Assembly (NCBI GenBank): GCA_964347475.1 | Contig: CAYFYY010000015.1 | Span: 877 to 64,876 of the forward strand | Length of the DNA stretch: 64,000 nucleotides | Direction: 5' to 3' | From: an uncultured Flavobacteriales bacterium | Lineage (GTDB): Bacteria > Pseudomonadota > Alphaproteobacteria > UBA8366 > JADFVY01 | Shown: in pieces, positions 48,363-56,951 of the stretch | Numbering within the stretch: the stretch's first letter is position 1 | Layout of the letters: the number at the start of each line of letters is the position of its first letter | Translations under genes and position numbers: made by a program | The notes under the pieces: model-generated | Database searches by the model: none | What the model was told of the DNA's origin: nothing | What the model saw: the letters and a program-made list of their open reading frames with translations, nothing else

Positions 48363-49336
48363 GACTTGACATCTCCGAGCCGGACGCGCGGATCGAGTAC
48401 CGAGTAGAGCACATCGACGATGAAGTTGATGGTGATGAACAGCAGCACGGTCAGCATCAGGTAGGCGACCACGACGGGCCGGTCGAGCAGCCCGATGCTG
48501 TCGATCAGGAGCTTGCCGATGCCCGGCCAGGCGAAGACCGTTTCGGTCACCACGGCGAACGCGATCACGCTGCCGAGCTCCAGCCCCAGGACGGTCACCA
48601 CCGGGATCAGGATGTTCTTGAGGACATGCACGCCGATCAGGCGCACATCCGATATGCCCTTGGCGCGGGCGAACTTCACGTAATCCGCCAGCATCACCTC
48701 GCGCGTGCCGGCGCGGGCCAGCCGGGCAACCAGCGACATTTTGAACAAGGCGAGATTAAACGCAGGCAGGAGGATATGGCTGAGTCCGTCCAGCGTGAAC
48801 ATGCTGAGCGGCACGCCGAAGACATCGACCGTATCGCCGCGGCCCGAAGCGGGCAGCCAGCCCAGGATCACCGCGAACAGCATGATCAGCATGAGTCCGA
48901 CCCAGAAGGTCGGCAGGCTGAACCCCAGGATTGATCCGGCCATGATCGTCTTGCCGACCCAGCTATCGGGCTTCAGCCCCGCGATCATGCCGAGCGGCAC
49001 GCCGAGCAGAATGGCAATCACCATAGCGCCCAGCGCCAGCTCCATAGTCGCGGGAAAGCGCTCCAGGATCAATCGCAGCGCCGGTTCGTTGTGAACGAAG
49101 GATTTGCCTAGATCGCCGCCCAGCGCATTCGAAAGGAACACGAAATACTGCTCCCACAGCGGCCGGTCGAGACCCATGCGACGGATCGCGGCTTCCATTT
49201 CCGCAATATCGGATTCGGGATTGATCAGGATATCCACCGGATTGCCGATGGCGAAGATCCCGACGAAAACGATCAGTGACATGACGAAGAGCACCACGAT
49301 GCTCTGCATCAGCCGCCGGATAGTGAAGACCAGCAT
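48359..49336 (-). CDS. Peptide ABC transporter permease (DppB-like)
   Basis: 325 aa beginning MLVFTIRRLMQSIVVLFVMSLIVF, the typical DppB N-terminus. EAA-loop region DYVKFARAKG. Confidence 0.9.
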   Translation of the reverse strand: MLVFTIRRLMQSIVVLFVMSLIVFVGIFAIGNPVDILINPESDIAEMEAAIRRMGLDRPLWEQYFVFLSNALGGDLGKSFVHNEPALRLILERFPATMELALGAMVIAILLGVPLGMIAGLKPDSWVGKTIMAGSILGFSLPTFWVGLMLIMLFAVILGWLPASGRGDTVDVFGVPLSMFTLDGLSHILLPAFNLALFKMSLVARLARAGTREVMLADYVKFARAKGISDVRLIGVHVLKNILIPVVTVLGLELGSVIAFAVVTETVFAWPGIGKLLIDSIGLLDRPVVVAYLMLTVLLFITINFIVDVLYSVLDPRVRLGDVKS

Positions 49337-49410
49337 CCCGCTCCAACCGCCTCAAGAGACGCGGGTGGCGGGGCGGCGTTGCCGCCACCCCGCTCCCAAT
49401 CGTCGAGCCA

Positions 49411-51075
49411 TCAGTTCGCCGACTTGATGCCCATGGCGATCGTGTACTGGTCGGCCCGCGCTCCATACGTCAGACCTTTGCGATGTGCCCAGGTCGTGAC
49501 CTCGAAATGCAGCGGCAAGATGGCGTAATCCTCCATCGCCATCTTGCTGGCCTTCTGGAGGATCGCCTCGCGCTTGGCGTCGTCGACAGTGGCCAGTGCC
49601 TGAAGCACGAGATCGTCCATCTCGGGATTGGAGTAACGACCACGGTTTGTGCCGCCCAGCCCACGGGACTTGTCGCGCGTGGCGACCAGCGCCCGCAGCG
49701 GCGACGACATCTCGCCGGTGCCCGATCCCCAGCCCGCCAGGTATAGGCTGAACTCGTACTTGTTGCGCCGGCCGAAGAAGACGCTCTTGGTCATCGCGTC
49801 GACGGACGTCTTGATGCCGACGCGGGTCAGCATCTGCGCGATCGCCTGCGAGATCTTGGCGTCGTTGATGTAGCGGTCGTTCGGCGTGGCCAGCACGAGT
49901 TCGAAACCGTTGTGATAGCCGGCCTCCGCCAGCAGCTTCTTCGCGCCGGCAGGATCGTACGGCTCCGGCTTGGCACCCGGGGTGCTGCCGAAGAATCCCT
50001 GCGGCAGAAGCTCACCCGCGGCGACGGCAACGCCGCCCATGACCTTGGCGACAATGGCCTCGCGATCGATTGCCATCGAGACGGCCTTGCGCACCCGAAC
50101 ATCCTGGAACGGGTTCTTATCGCAGGCGCCTTCTGCGCACGGGCCCTCGCCCTCATACGTGCCGTCCGGCGCGCCCGTCCCCTTCACGCCGACCGTCGAC
50201 GGGCCGTATTGATCCATATGCAGATAGATCACGCGGTTGGACAGGCCCTGGCTGAGGCCGAAATTGGGATCGTTCTTCAGCCGCTCCAGATCCTGGGTCG
50301 GCGGCTTGCTGATGAAATCCACATCGCCGGCAAGGAGGGCCGCTACGCGCGCCGCGTCGTTGGTGATCGGCTTGACGGTGACCTTGCTCCATTCCGGCTT
50401 TTCCCCCCAGTAATCGTCGTTTCGGGCCAGGACCAGCCGGTCGCCCTTGACATATTCGACGAATTTGAACGGGCCGGTGCCGACGGTCAGCTTGCCGTTG
50501 TTGAAATCCTCAGTGGCCGGCCATTCCGATACGCCGGTGCAGCCTTCCGGGCTGTATTCGACCTTGCCGCTCACGCCGTTGGCCTTGGCCGAAAGGACGC
50601 CCCAGGTCGCCAGCTCCACCGGCAGCAGCGGATACGGCTTGGCCGTGTGAACGATCAGCGTGTGATCGTCCGGCGTTTCGATCTTCTGCATGGCCCTCGT
50701 GTAAATCGTAAATGAGGACGGGCTCTCCTTGACATTGGGGATGCGGCACGCCGTGTAGATGAAGTCGTTGGCCGTGAAGTCCGAGCCGTCATGGAATTTC
50801 ACGCCTTTGCGGAGCTTGAACTCCCATGTCGTCTCGCCGGTCGGTTTCCACGAGGTTGCCAGCAGCGGGCTGAGCTTCTGCTGTTCGTCCTGCCAGATCA
50901 GCGATTCGAACATGTGACGCCGAATCTCGTTGTTCGGCCCGAGATTGTGATAATGCGGATCGATCGCGCTCGGCTCCGATGCCATGCCGATCCTGAGCTC
51001 GGTTGCCGCGGCTGCGCCCGACAGCAACATTGTCGCGCCAAGGGCCGCGCCGAGCACGCGTGTGTTCGTACCCAT
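49411..51075 (-). CDS. Peptide/nickel ABC substrate-binding protein (SBP family 5)
   Basis: 554 aa with a signal peptide and family-5 blocks (LATSWKPTGETTWEFKLRKGVKFHDG). Confidence 0.9.
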   Translation of the reverse strand: MGTNTRVLGAALGATMLLSGAAAATELRIGMASEPSAIDPHYHNLGPNNEIRRHMFESLIWQDEQQKLSPLLATSWKPTGETTWEFKLRKGVKFHDGSDFTANDFIYTACRIPNVKESPSSFTIYTRAMQKIETPDDHTLIVHTAKPYPLLPVELATWGVLSAKANGVSGKVEYSPEGCTGVSEWPATEDFNNGKLTVGTGPFKFVEYVKGDRLVLARNDDYWGEKPEWSKVTVKPITNDAARVAALLAGDVDFISKPPTQDLERLKNDPNFGLSQGLSNRVIYLHMDQYGPSTVGVKGTGAPDGTYEGEGPCAEGACDKNPFQDVRVRKAVSMAIDREAIVAKVMGGVAVAAGELLPQGFFGSTPGAKPEPYDPAGAKKLLAEAGYHNGFELVLATPNDRYINDAKISQAIAQMLTRVGIKTSVDAMTKSVFFGRRNKYEFSLYLAGWGSGTGEMSSPLRALVATRDKSRGLGGTNRGRYSNPEMDDLVLQALATVDDAKREAILQKASKMAMEDYAILPLHFEVTTWAHRKGLTYGARADQYTIAMGIKSAN

Positions 51076-51273
51076 ATCGTTGTCTCCCTGTCACGGGTTG
51101 GTCGCGAGATCAGCTCGGCCACCCGGTTCTCTGGTTCGTACTGGATATGTCCCTGATGGTCCCCATGGTGGACCTATCTCGTCATTTGACACCGTTTATT
51201 TCGGCGACACAACCCATTGCGTTCGGAACCCGGCTGCGCGAACATCCGCCCGTCAGACCGCCGGGAGGCGACC

Positions 51274-52761
51274 ATGAAGATCGCGATCGCGGGCCTTGCG
51301 CTGGAGTCTGTCTCGTTCCTGCCGGTCGAGACGGGGCTGGCGGATTTCGAGAGCAACGCGTTGCGCGGGCACGCCCTGATCGAGGGTCTGCGCGGGACGG
51401 CGTCGGTCGGCAGCGGATTCATCGATGTACTGGAGGACGCAGGGGCCGAGATCATGCCTCTCGTCTACACCGATTGCTCGGCCGCGGGTCCGGCCAGCGA
51501 CGACGCGTTCGAGTTCTACCGCGACGAGATCGCGAACGGTCTGCGACGCGAACGCCGGAGCCTCGATGGCGTGCTGCTCTATCTCCACGGCGCCATGACG
51601 ACCCCGACGCGACCGGATCCGGAAACCGAACTGTTGCGGGCGGTGCGCGCGGTGGTCGGTCACGAACTGCCGCTCGTGGTCGCCTTCGACCTGCACGCCA
51701 ACCTTTGCGAAGATAGCGCGGCGCTGTGTACGGCGCTGTGCGGGTTCCACTATTCGCCGCACACCGACATGGACGAAACGGGCCGCCGCGCCGCCCGTAT
51801 GCTGCTGCAGAGTGTTCAGGGCGATGTGCGGCCCCAGCTGACCTTCGTCAAGGTCCCGCTTGTTTTGCCAAGCATCTGCACGGCGACCGCGTTGCCGCCG
51901 CTGTGCGATATCGTCGCGGCCGGTCTCGCCGCGGTGGAGAGCCACGAGGACGTGCTCGACGTCTCGGTATTTTGCGGGTTCGCCTACGCCGATGTGCCGC
52001 CGCTCGGGTTTTCGGTGGCAGTCGTGACTGATGGTGCCCCGGATACCGGGCGCGCAATCGCGGGCGGGCTGGCGGACCAGATCTGGCGCGAGCGCGAAGC
52101 GCTGCTCGGCGCCGTACCTGTCCTTTCTGCGCGCGAAGGGGTTTCCCGTGCGATCGCCATGGCTGCCGGTGGCGACGGCCCGGTCGTGCTGCTGGAGCAC
52201 GCCGATCGCATGAACGACTCGACCTGGGTTCTAAAGGAACTCCTCGATCAGAATGCGCCGTCGGCGGCGTTGCCTTACCTGTGGGACCCGGAGGGCGCAG
52301 AAGCGGCGTTGCGGGCCGGTGTCGGCGCGACGATCTCACTCAGCGTGGGCGGACGTTCGTCGGACAGGGCCGGCGGTCCGGCAGCACTCACGGGGCAGGT
52401 CCTCTATGCCGAGCACAAGACCTATGTCGGAACCGGGCCGATGCGGCGCGGTCGGCGGATCGATCTGGGCCCCGCCGCGCTGATCGATGCCGGGGGCATT
52501 CTCGTTTCGCTGACCAGCCGACAGACCACGGCGATCGATGAGGACCCGTTCACGCAGTTCGGTTTGGCGGCGCGGGATTTCGACATCATCGTGCTGCGCT
52601 CCAAGACGCATTTCCGCGCTGTCTATGAAGAGCTGGCGCGCGAGATCCTGGTTGTCGACACGCCGGATTGGGGTCCCGCAGACCTGACGACGCTGCCCTT
52701 CTGCCGGGTCAGACCCGGCGTGTTCCCGGTCACCGAGCCGATTGGCGTCGGCGCGGAATGA
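51274..52761 (+). CDS. M81 family metallopeptidase (MlrC / microcystinase C-like)
   Basis: ATG at 51274 behind GGGAGG. The N-terminus MKIAIAGLALESVSF is typical of MlrC; 495 aa. Divergent from the ABC operon. Confidence 0.75.
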   Translation: MKIAIAGLALESVSFLPVETGLADFESNALRGHALIEGLRGTASVGSGFIDVLEDAGAEIMPLVYTDCSAAGPASDDAFEFYRDEIANGLRRERRSLDGVLLYLHGAMTTPTRPDPETELLRAVRAVVGHELPLVVAFDLHANLCEDSAALCTALCGFHYSPHTDMDETGRRAARMLLQSVQGDVRPQLTFVKVPLVLPSICTATALPPLCDIVAAGLAAVESHEDVLDVSVFCGFAYADVPPLGFSVAVVTDGAPDTGRAIAGGLADQIWREREALLGAVPVLSAREGVSRAIAMAAGGDGPVVLLEHADRMNDSTWVLKELLDQNAPSAALPYLWDPEGAEAALRAGVGATISLSVGGRSSDRAGGPAALTGQVLYAEHKTYVGTGPMRRGRRIDLGPAALIDAGGILVSLTSRQTTAIDEDPFTQFGLAARDFDIIVLRSKTHFRAVYEELAREILVVDTPDWGPADLTTLPFCRVRPGVFPVTEPIGVGAE

Positions 52762-52806
52762 CATTACAGTGCCGCTCCCGCACCGCGTTACAGGGAAGCA
52801 CAACAA

Positions 52807-53772
52807 ATGCCCGAGGCCCCGATCAACGACTACCCCGTCGAGCTGACTCCTCCGGATATCTCGTCCTTCAGGGCGGGGAACACGAACATCGACTATTTCA
52901 CGACCTTCGACTCGGGAGCGCCGGGGCCACACGTCATGATCACGGCCGTGGTCCACGGCAACGAGCTGTGCGGCGCTATGGCACTGGATCATCTGTTCCG
53001 TGCCGGGACACGGCCCGCTCGCGGCAGGCTGACCTTGGGCTTCGCGAACGTCGCGGCCTATCACAGCTTCGATCCGACAGATCCGACCGCCTCGCGCTTC
53101 GTCGACGAGGATTTCAACCGGCTGTGGGATCCGGCGACCCTCGACGGCGATCGCGACAGCGCCGAACTCCGGCGCGCGCGGGAAATTCGGCCGCTGGTGG
53201 CCGACGCGGATTATTTGCTGGACATCCATTCGATGCAGCATGCGACCGCACCGTTGATGATGGCGGGTCCGTTGCCCAAGGGGCGGGCGCTGGCGCGCAG
53301 TGTCGGCGTCCCAGAGACCGTCGTCACCGACGCGGGACACGCGGCCGGGCGCCGCATGCGCGACTATCTGGGATTCGCCGAGGAATCGAGCCCTCGCAAT
53401 GCGCTGTTGGTGGAGTGCGGCCAGCATTGGGCGGCGAGCAGCCGCGACGTCGCGATCGAGACCGCGTATCGGTTCCTGCGCCATCTGGAGGCCATCCCGG
53501 CGGAAGTCGCCGAGCCGCATATTCACGACGGCGTCCCAACCCAGAAGTTCATCGAGGTCGCCGGCCCCCTGACCATCGAGACCGACGAATTCCGCTTCGC
53601 CGCCGATTACCGGGGTCTGGAGGTGATTCCGAAGGCCGGCACTGTGATCGGTTACGACGGCGACAAGGACGTGTCGACCCCGTTCGACGATTGCGTCCTC
53701 GTCATGCCGTCGCGACGCCTGAACAAGGGCGAATCCGCGGTCCGGTTCGGGCGCTTCGTGGCAGCATCTTAG
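52807..53772 (+). CDS. Succinylglutamate desuccinylase/aspartoacylase family (M14-like zinc deacylase)
   Basis: 321 aa with the AVVHGNELCG zinc motif and a downstream DIHS. Confidence 0.75.
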   Translation: MPEAPINDYPVELTPPDISSFRAGNTNIDYFTTFDSGAPGPHVMITAVVHGNELCGAMALDHLFRAGTRPARGRLTLGFANVAAYHSFDPTDPTASRFVDEDFNRLWDPATLDGDRDSAELRRAREIRPLVADADYLLDIHSMQHATAPLMMAGPLPKGRALARSVGVPETVVTDAGHAAGRRMRDYLGFAEESSPRNALLVECGQHWAASSRDVAIETAYRFLRHLEAIPAEVAEPHIHDGVPTQKFIEVAGPLTIETDEFRFAADYRGLEVIPKAGTVIGYDGDKDVSTPFDDCVLVMPSRRLNKGESAVRFGRFVAAS

Positions 53773-54033
53773 CGGGATCTCTTGCCAACTTTCTCCCGAT
53801 CGCCACCGGGACGGGGCGCAGCACATGGTCAATTGAAGGGTTGCGGCGACCGAACCGTTGGGATGTCCTCGATTCGATTGACATGCGGACGCATAGATCA
53901 ATGGCGGATTTCGTCGCCAATGGTCCGGCACAGCAATTACGGGGCAACGTTTCCCGAAGTCGTTGCGCATCACCAGACGACGTCGGATCGCCATAATGGG
54001 TTCCTGGTGGTTTGGTTGCGCGGTGATTTGAAC

Positions 54034-54266
54034 CTGTCGCCGCAACCTATTGATTTCATTGGGCTGGGATTTTTCAACAAAATGAAAGCCCCGCAACTCA
54101 TTGAGTTTAAGGGGCTTTTCCTGTCGAAGTGGTTGCGGGGGCCCGCAACCACCGAGAATTGACTCTGTGCGTGCCGGTCTAGTCACGGGCCCGCAATCAC
54201 CTATCCCTAACATATTTCAGATGCCCCAATATACGGGATAAGGCCAGGTTCCGGGCCGCAACCGCC
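54034..54266. repeat. Cluster of GC-rich palindromic/REP-like units (core GGGCCCGCAACCACC)
   Basis: GGTTGCG...CGCAACC at 54034-54067. Perfect-arm hairpin GTGGTTGCGGG-GG-CCCGCAACCAC at 54129-54152. GGGCCCGCAATCACCTAT at 54187-54204. CGGGCCGCAACCGCC at 54252-54266. A related unit lies at 42492-42508. Confidence 0.6.
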
Positions 54267-54603
54267 GTGGTTCGTTGCTCGCCACAAGAGTTGCAGCACC
54301 CTGATTTCGGTGACGTCTTGACTCGGCTGGCGCGCGAGCGCGAATTCAATGGAACTCTCCCCGCGTGATTGCCGCTTGGAGCGTCACAATCGCTGGACTT
54401 TGGCCCCCTCCAACATCTCCGCCGGCGATGGAAAAGTGCGGCCGGGCTCGTCGCTGGGACATCGCCCGGCCGCCGAGATGCGCGGCCTAGCGGGGAGCGC
54501 CGCGCTAAATGGGATTATTTGATCGGACGAACCCAACCATTGTGCCGGTCGAACGCCAGTTTCTGAACCAGCGAACCCTCAACGGGGTGCCACGGCTACC
54601 TCG

Positions 54604-54972
54604 TCACTGCGTCGGCGGCAGCATCTGGCCCCTTGGCATCTGAATGCCGCCGCCGCCCGGCGATCCGCATGGCGTACTGGCGCTGTTGCCACCGCACGGC
54701 GCCGGTCCGGTATTCCCGGTCTGTCCGGTCATCCCGCCAGGCGTCATCATATCGGGGCGCTGCGTGCCCGGACCGATCATGCCGCCCTGCCCCATGCCCG
54801 GCATCTGGCCGGTCGCAGGTGCGGTAACCCCACCCGGCCCGGTCGCGCCACCCGAGCCGTGCCAGCTGCTGGAGGCTCCGCCCATTCCGTGCGCCGCGGC
54901 GACCGCCGTCAAGAGGGCGATGCCCGCCAAGGCGGCAACCGCTGCCGTCAGTGTTCTTTCCACTTCTCTCAT
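54604..54972 (-). CDS. Small secreted Met/Gly/Pro-rich protein (metal-binding suspected)
   Basis: ATG at 54972 behind AAGGAGAA; 122 aa. Signal peptide, then low-complexity GQMPGMGQGGMIGPG...DMMTPGGMTGQTG with two Cys. Confidence 0.5.
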   Translation of the reverse strand: MREVERTLTAAVAALAGIALLTAVAAAHGMGGASSSWHGSGGATGPGGVTAPATGQMPGMGQGGMIGPGTQRPDMMTPGGMTGQTGNTGPAPCGGNSASTPCGSPGGGGIQMPRGQMLPPTQ

Positions 54973-55187
54973 CGCAATTCTCCTTTTCGGCCATCGAGTG
55001 TGCGCGATTTTGCGGTGAAATGTGCCCGTTTTCCGTAACGCCAGTTTGTCGTCCCCGGCGCCTTTTGGTAACCCGTTGTAACGAGGGGCACCGTTGGTAC
55101 GTTCCGTTACAAATCTCCGCCCCACGCGGCTCTCTGAGGCGTTACCTTGGGAGCGGCGGGTACGATGAAAGGGAAGGAGAATCCGAG

Positions 55188-55748
55188 ATGAATTTGGCAC
55201 GTTTTACGAGTCCTGGCTTGGCGACGCTCAATGTAGGAGCCGTCGTCCTTCTTTTGGCGCTCACGGCCACGGCCGTACGTGCCGAACACGTCCCGGCAAG
55301 CGACGAAATCGAAGCGGACCAGGGCGCGCGCCTGGTGATCCCGATGATGAGCCCGGACCGGGGCAAGACGTTGTTCATCGACAAGGGCTGTGTTGCGTGC
55401 CACGCCATCAACGGCGTCGGAGGCCATGACGCACCAGCGATGGACGCCCACAGGCAGATGGGGTTGGTCAATCCATTCGACTTCGCCGCCAAGATGTGGA
55501 ACCACGCACCGGGCATGATCGCAGCACAGGAGGATGCGCTCGGCGAACAGATCTTCATCACTGGCGATGAACTCGCGGATATGATCGCGTTCCTGCATGA
55601 CGACGACGCGCAGCACGGGTTTGGCGAAGGCGATCTCACAACCGCGGCCGAGAAAATGATGCAACATGAGCACGGTGGGATGGACGCGCCGGGGGCGCAC
55701 GCCGAGGAAGTCGGACATGGCCACCATGGTGCTGACGCAGAACATTAA
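55188..55748 (+). CDS. Periplasmic mono-heme cytochrome c with His-rich C-terminal tail
   Basis: ATG at 55188 behind GGAAGGAGAA. Signal peptide, a single CVACH motif, and the tail MMQHEHGGMDAPGAHAEEVGHGHHGADAEH. Confidence 0.7.
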   Translation: MNLARFTSPGLATLNVGAVVLLLALTATAVRAEHVPASDEIEADQGARLVIPMMSPDRGKTLFIDKGCVACHAINGVGGHDAPAMDAHRQMGLVNPFDFAAKMWNHAPGMIAAQEDALGEQIFITGDELADMIAFLHDDDAQHGFGEGDLTTAAEKMMQHEHGGMDAPGAHAEEVGHGHHGADAEH

Positions 55749-56365
55749 TGCCGGATTTTGATCGGGTCGATCTGCGGCGCGGGCGGCGTGCCGCCCATAC
55801 CTGCCCGAGCAGCCCGCCGATCCGTCGGAACGAGCCCATGCGTTAGGGTTTTTCGCGGGTCTCGGCGGGGATGGAATGGACAACCCGCGATGCGGCAGAG
55901 CGCGGCGAACACCCCTGCAGCCGACGCATGGCGCCGGTCATGCGGCGCGGGCGTCGGCGGGGGTAGGGCCGGTCATCGGCAGCGCGGCATCGACGTTCTC
56001 CTGCCGGCCGCCGGCGGAGGCGTAATGGGCGCCAAGCAGTTCTTTCGGCGGCATATCGGGCCAGGCCCGCGGCTCGACCGGCCGGAACAACAGGACCGTC
56101 TTCAGATGCTCGTGCATACGGATCTTGCCGATCGCCGCAAGGCGCCGCGACACGCGCTCGGCTTCGGCTTGACCCTCCAGCGAGTGGAAACCCTATATTG
56201 ATGAGCAAGGTCGGCAACGAAGAAAGTTGCCAGGATCGGCGGACGTGCGACAACGTTGACAGCACATGTTGCCGGTCCGGGACACGTCACCGTCCCGTCC
56301 TTTGAAGGAAGGTTGCCGGCAACGCCCTGCAACGGGCCACATCGCAGATCTGAAGGCGTGATGCC

Positions 56366-56737
56366 ATGCACATCGGCGAAGCGGAGCGGCATTCCGGAGT
56401 TCCGGCCAAGACAATCCGTTATTACGAGGAGGTCGGCCTGGTCCAGCCGCACCGGCTGGCCAACCGCTATCGAAGCTTCAGCGAGAAGGACATCCACAGG
56501 CTCGGATTCCTGCACCGGGCCCGCTGCAGCGGATTCTCGCTTGGCGACTGCCGGCTGCTCCTGTCCCTTTACGAAGATCGGAACCGCACCGCCGCCGACG
56601 TGAAATCGGTCGTCCTGGAACACGTGAATCGCATCGATCGCAAGATCGACGACCTGTTAATGCTGCGGCACGCACTTGCTGTCTTGATCGATGCCCGCCA
56701 CGGCGACAATCGGCCCGATTATCCGATCCTGCTGTGA
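56366..56737 (+). CDS. MerR-family transcriptional regulator, CueR/HmrR-like but lacking the metal-binding cysteines
   Basis: N-terminal HTH MHIGEAERHSGVPAKTIRYYEEVGLV. The C-terminal loop ARHGDNRPDYPI aligns with CueR ACPGDDSADCPI, with both Cys replaced. Confidence 0.85.
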   Translation: MHIGEAERHSGVPAKTIRYYEEVGLVQPHRLANRYRSFSEKDIHRLGFLHRARCSGFSLGDCRLLLSLYEDRNRTAADVKSVVLEHVNRIDRKIDDLLMLRHALAVLIDARHGDNRPDYPILL

Positions 56738-56951
56738 CGAAACGGCAGGGGCTTCGTGAGGACGTGTCGATGGCCGAAAGTGACCGGATGCATTCTCCCG
56801 TCGGTTTTCGGCCGAGGCTGACCCGGCCATTTGACCGACCTGCGGCCGGCGACGATCTCCCGTAATGGCGGGAGCGACGTGCCGGCGTGGAGGCAGCGGC
56901 CGGACGTCCGCCCGACAACCGTGAACGATAGAGGACGCTGGAACCCGATCA

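Noticed and set aside
55938-56153. A 71-aa minus-strand ORF (GTG start) between the cytochrome c gene and merR, a possible divergent MerR target.
   Set aside because: The frame opens only 13 codons upstream at a stop codon, has no ATG or RBS, and has no recognisable motif. It may be the C-terminal remnant of a lost gene, but I cannot support it as a functional CDS.
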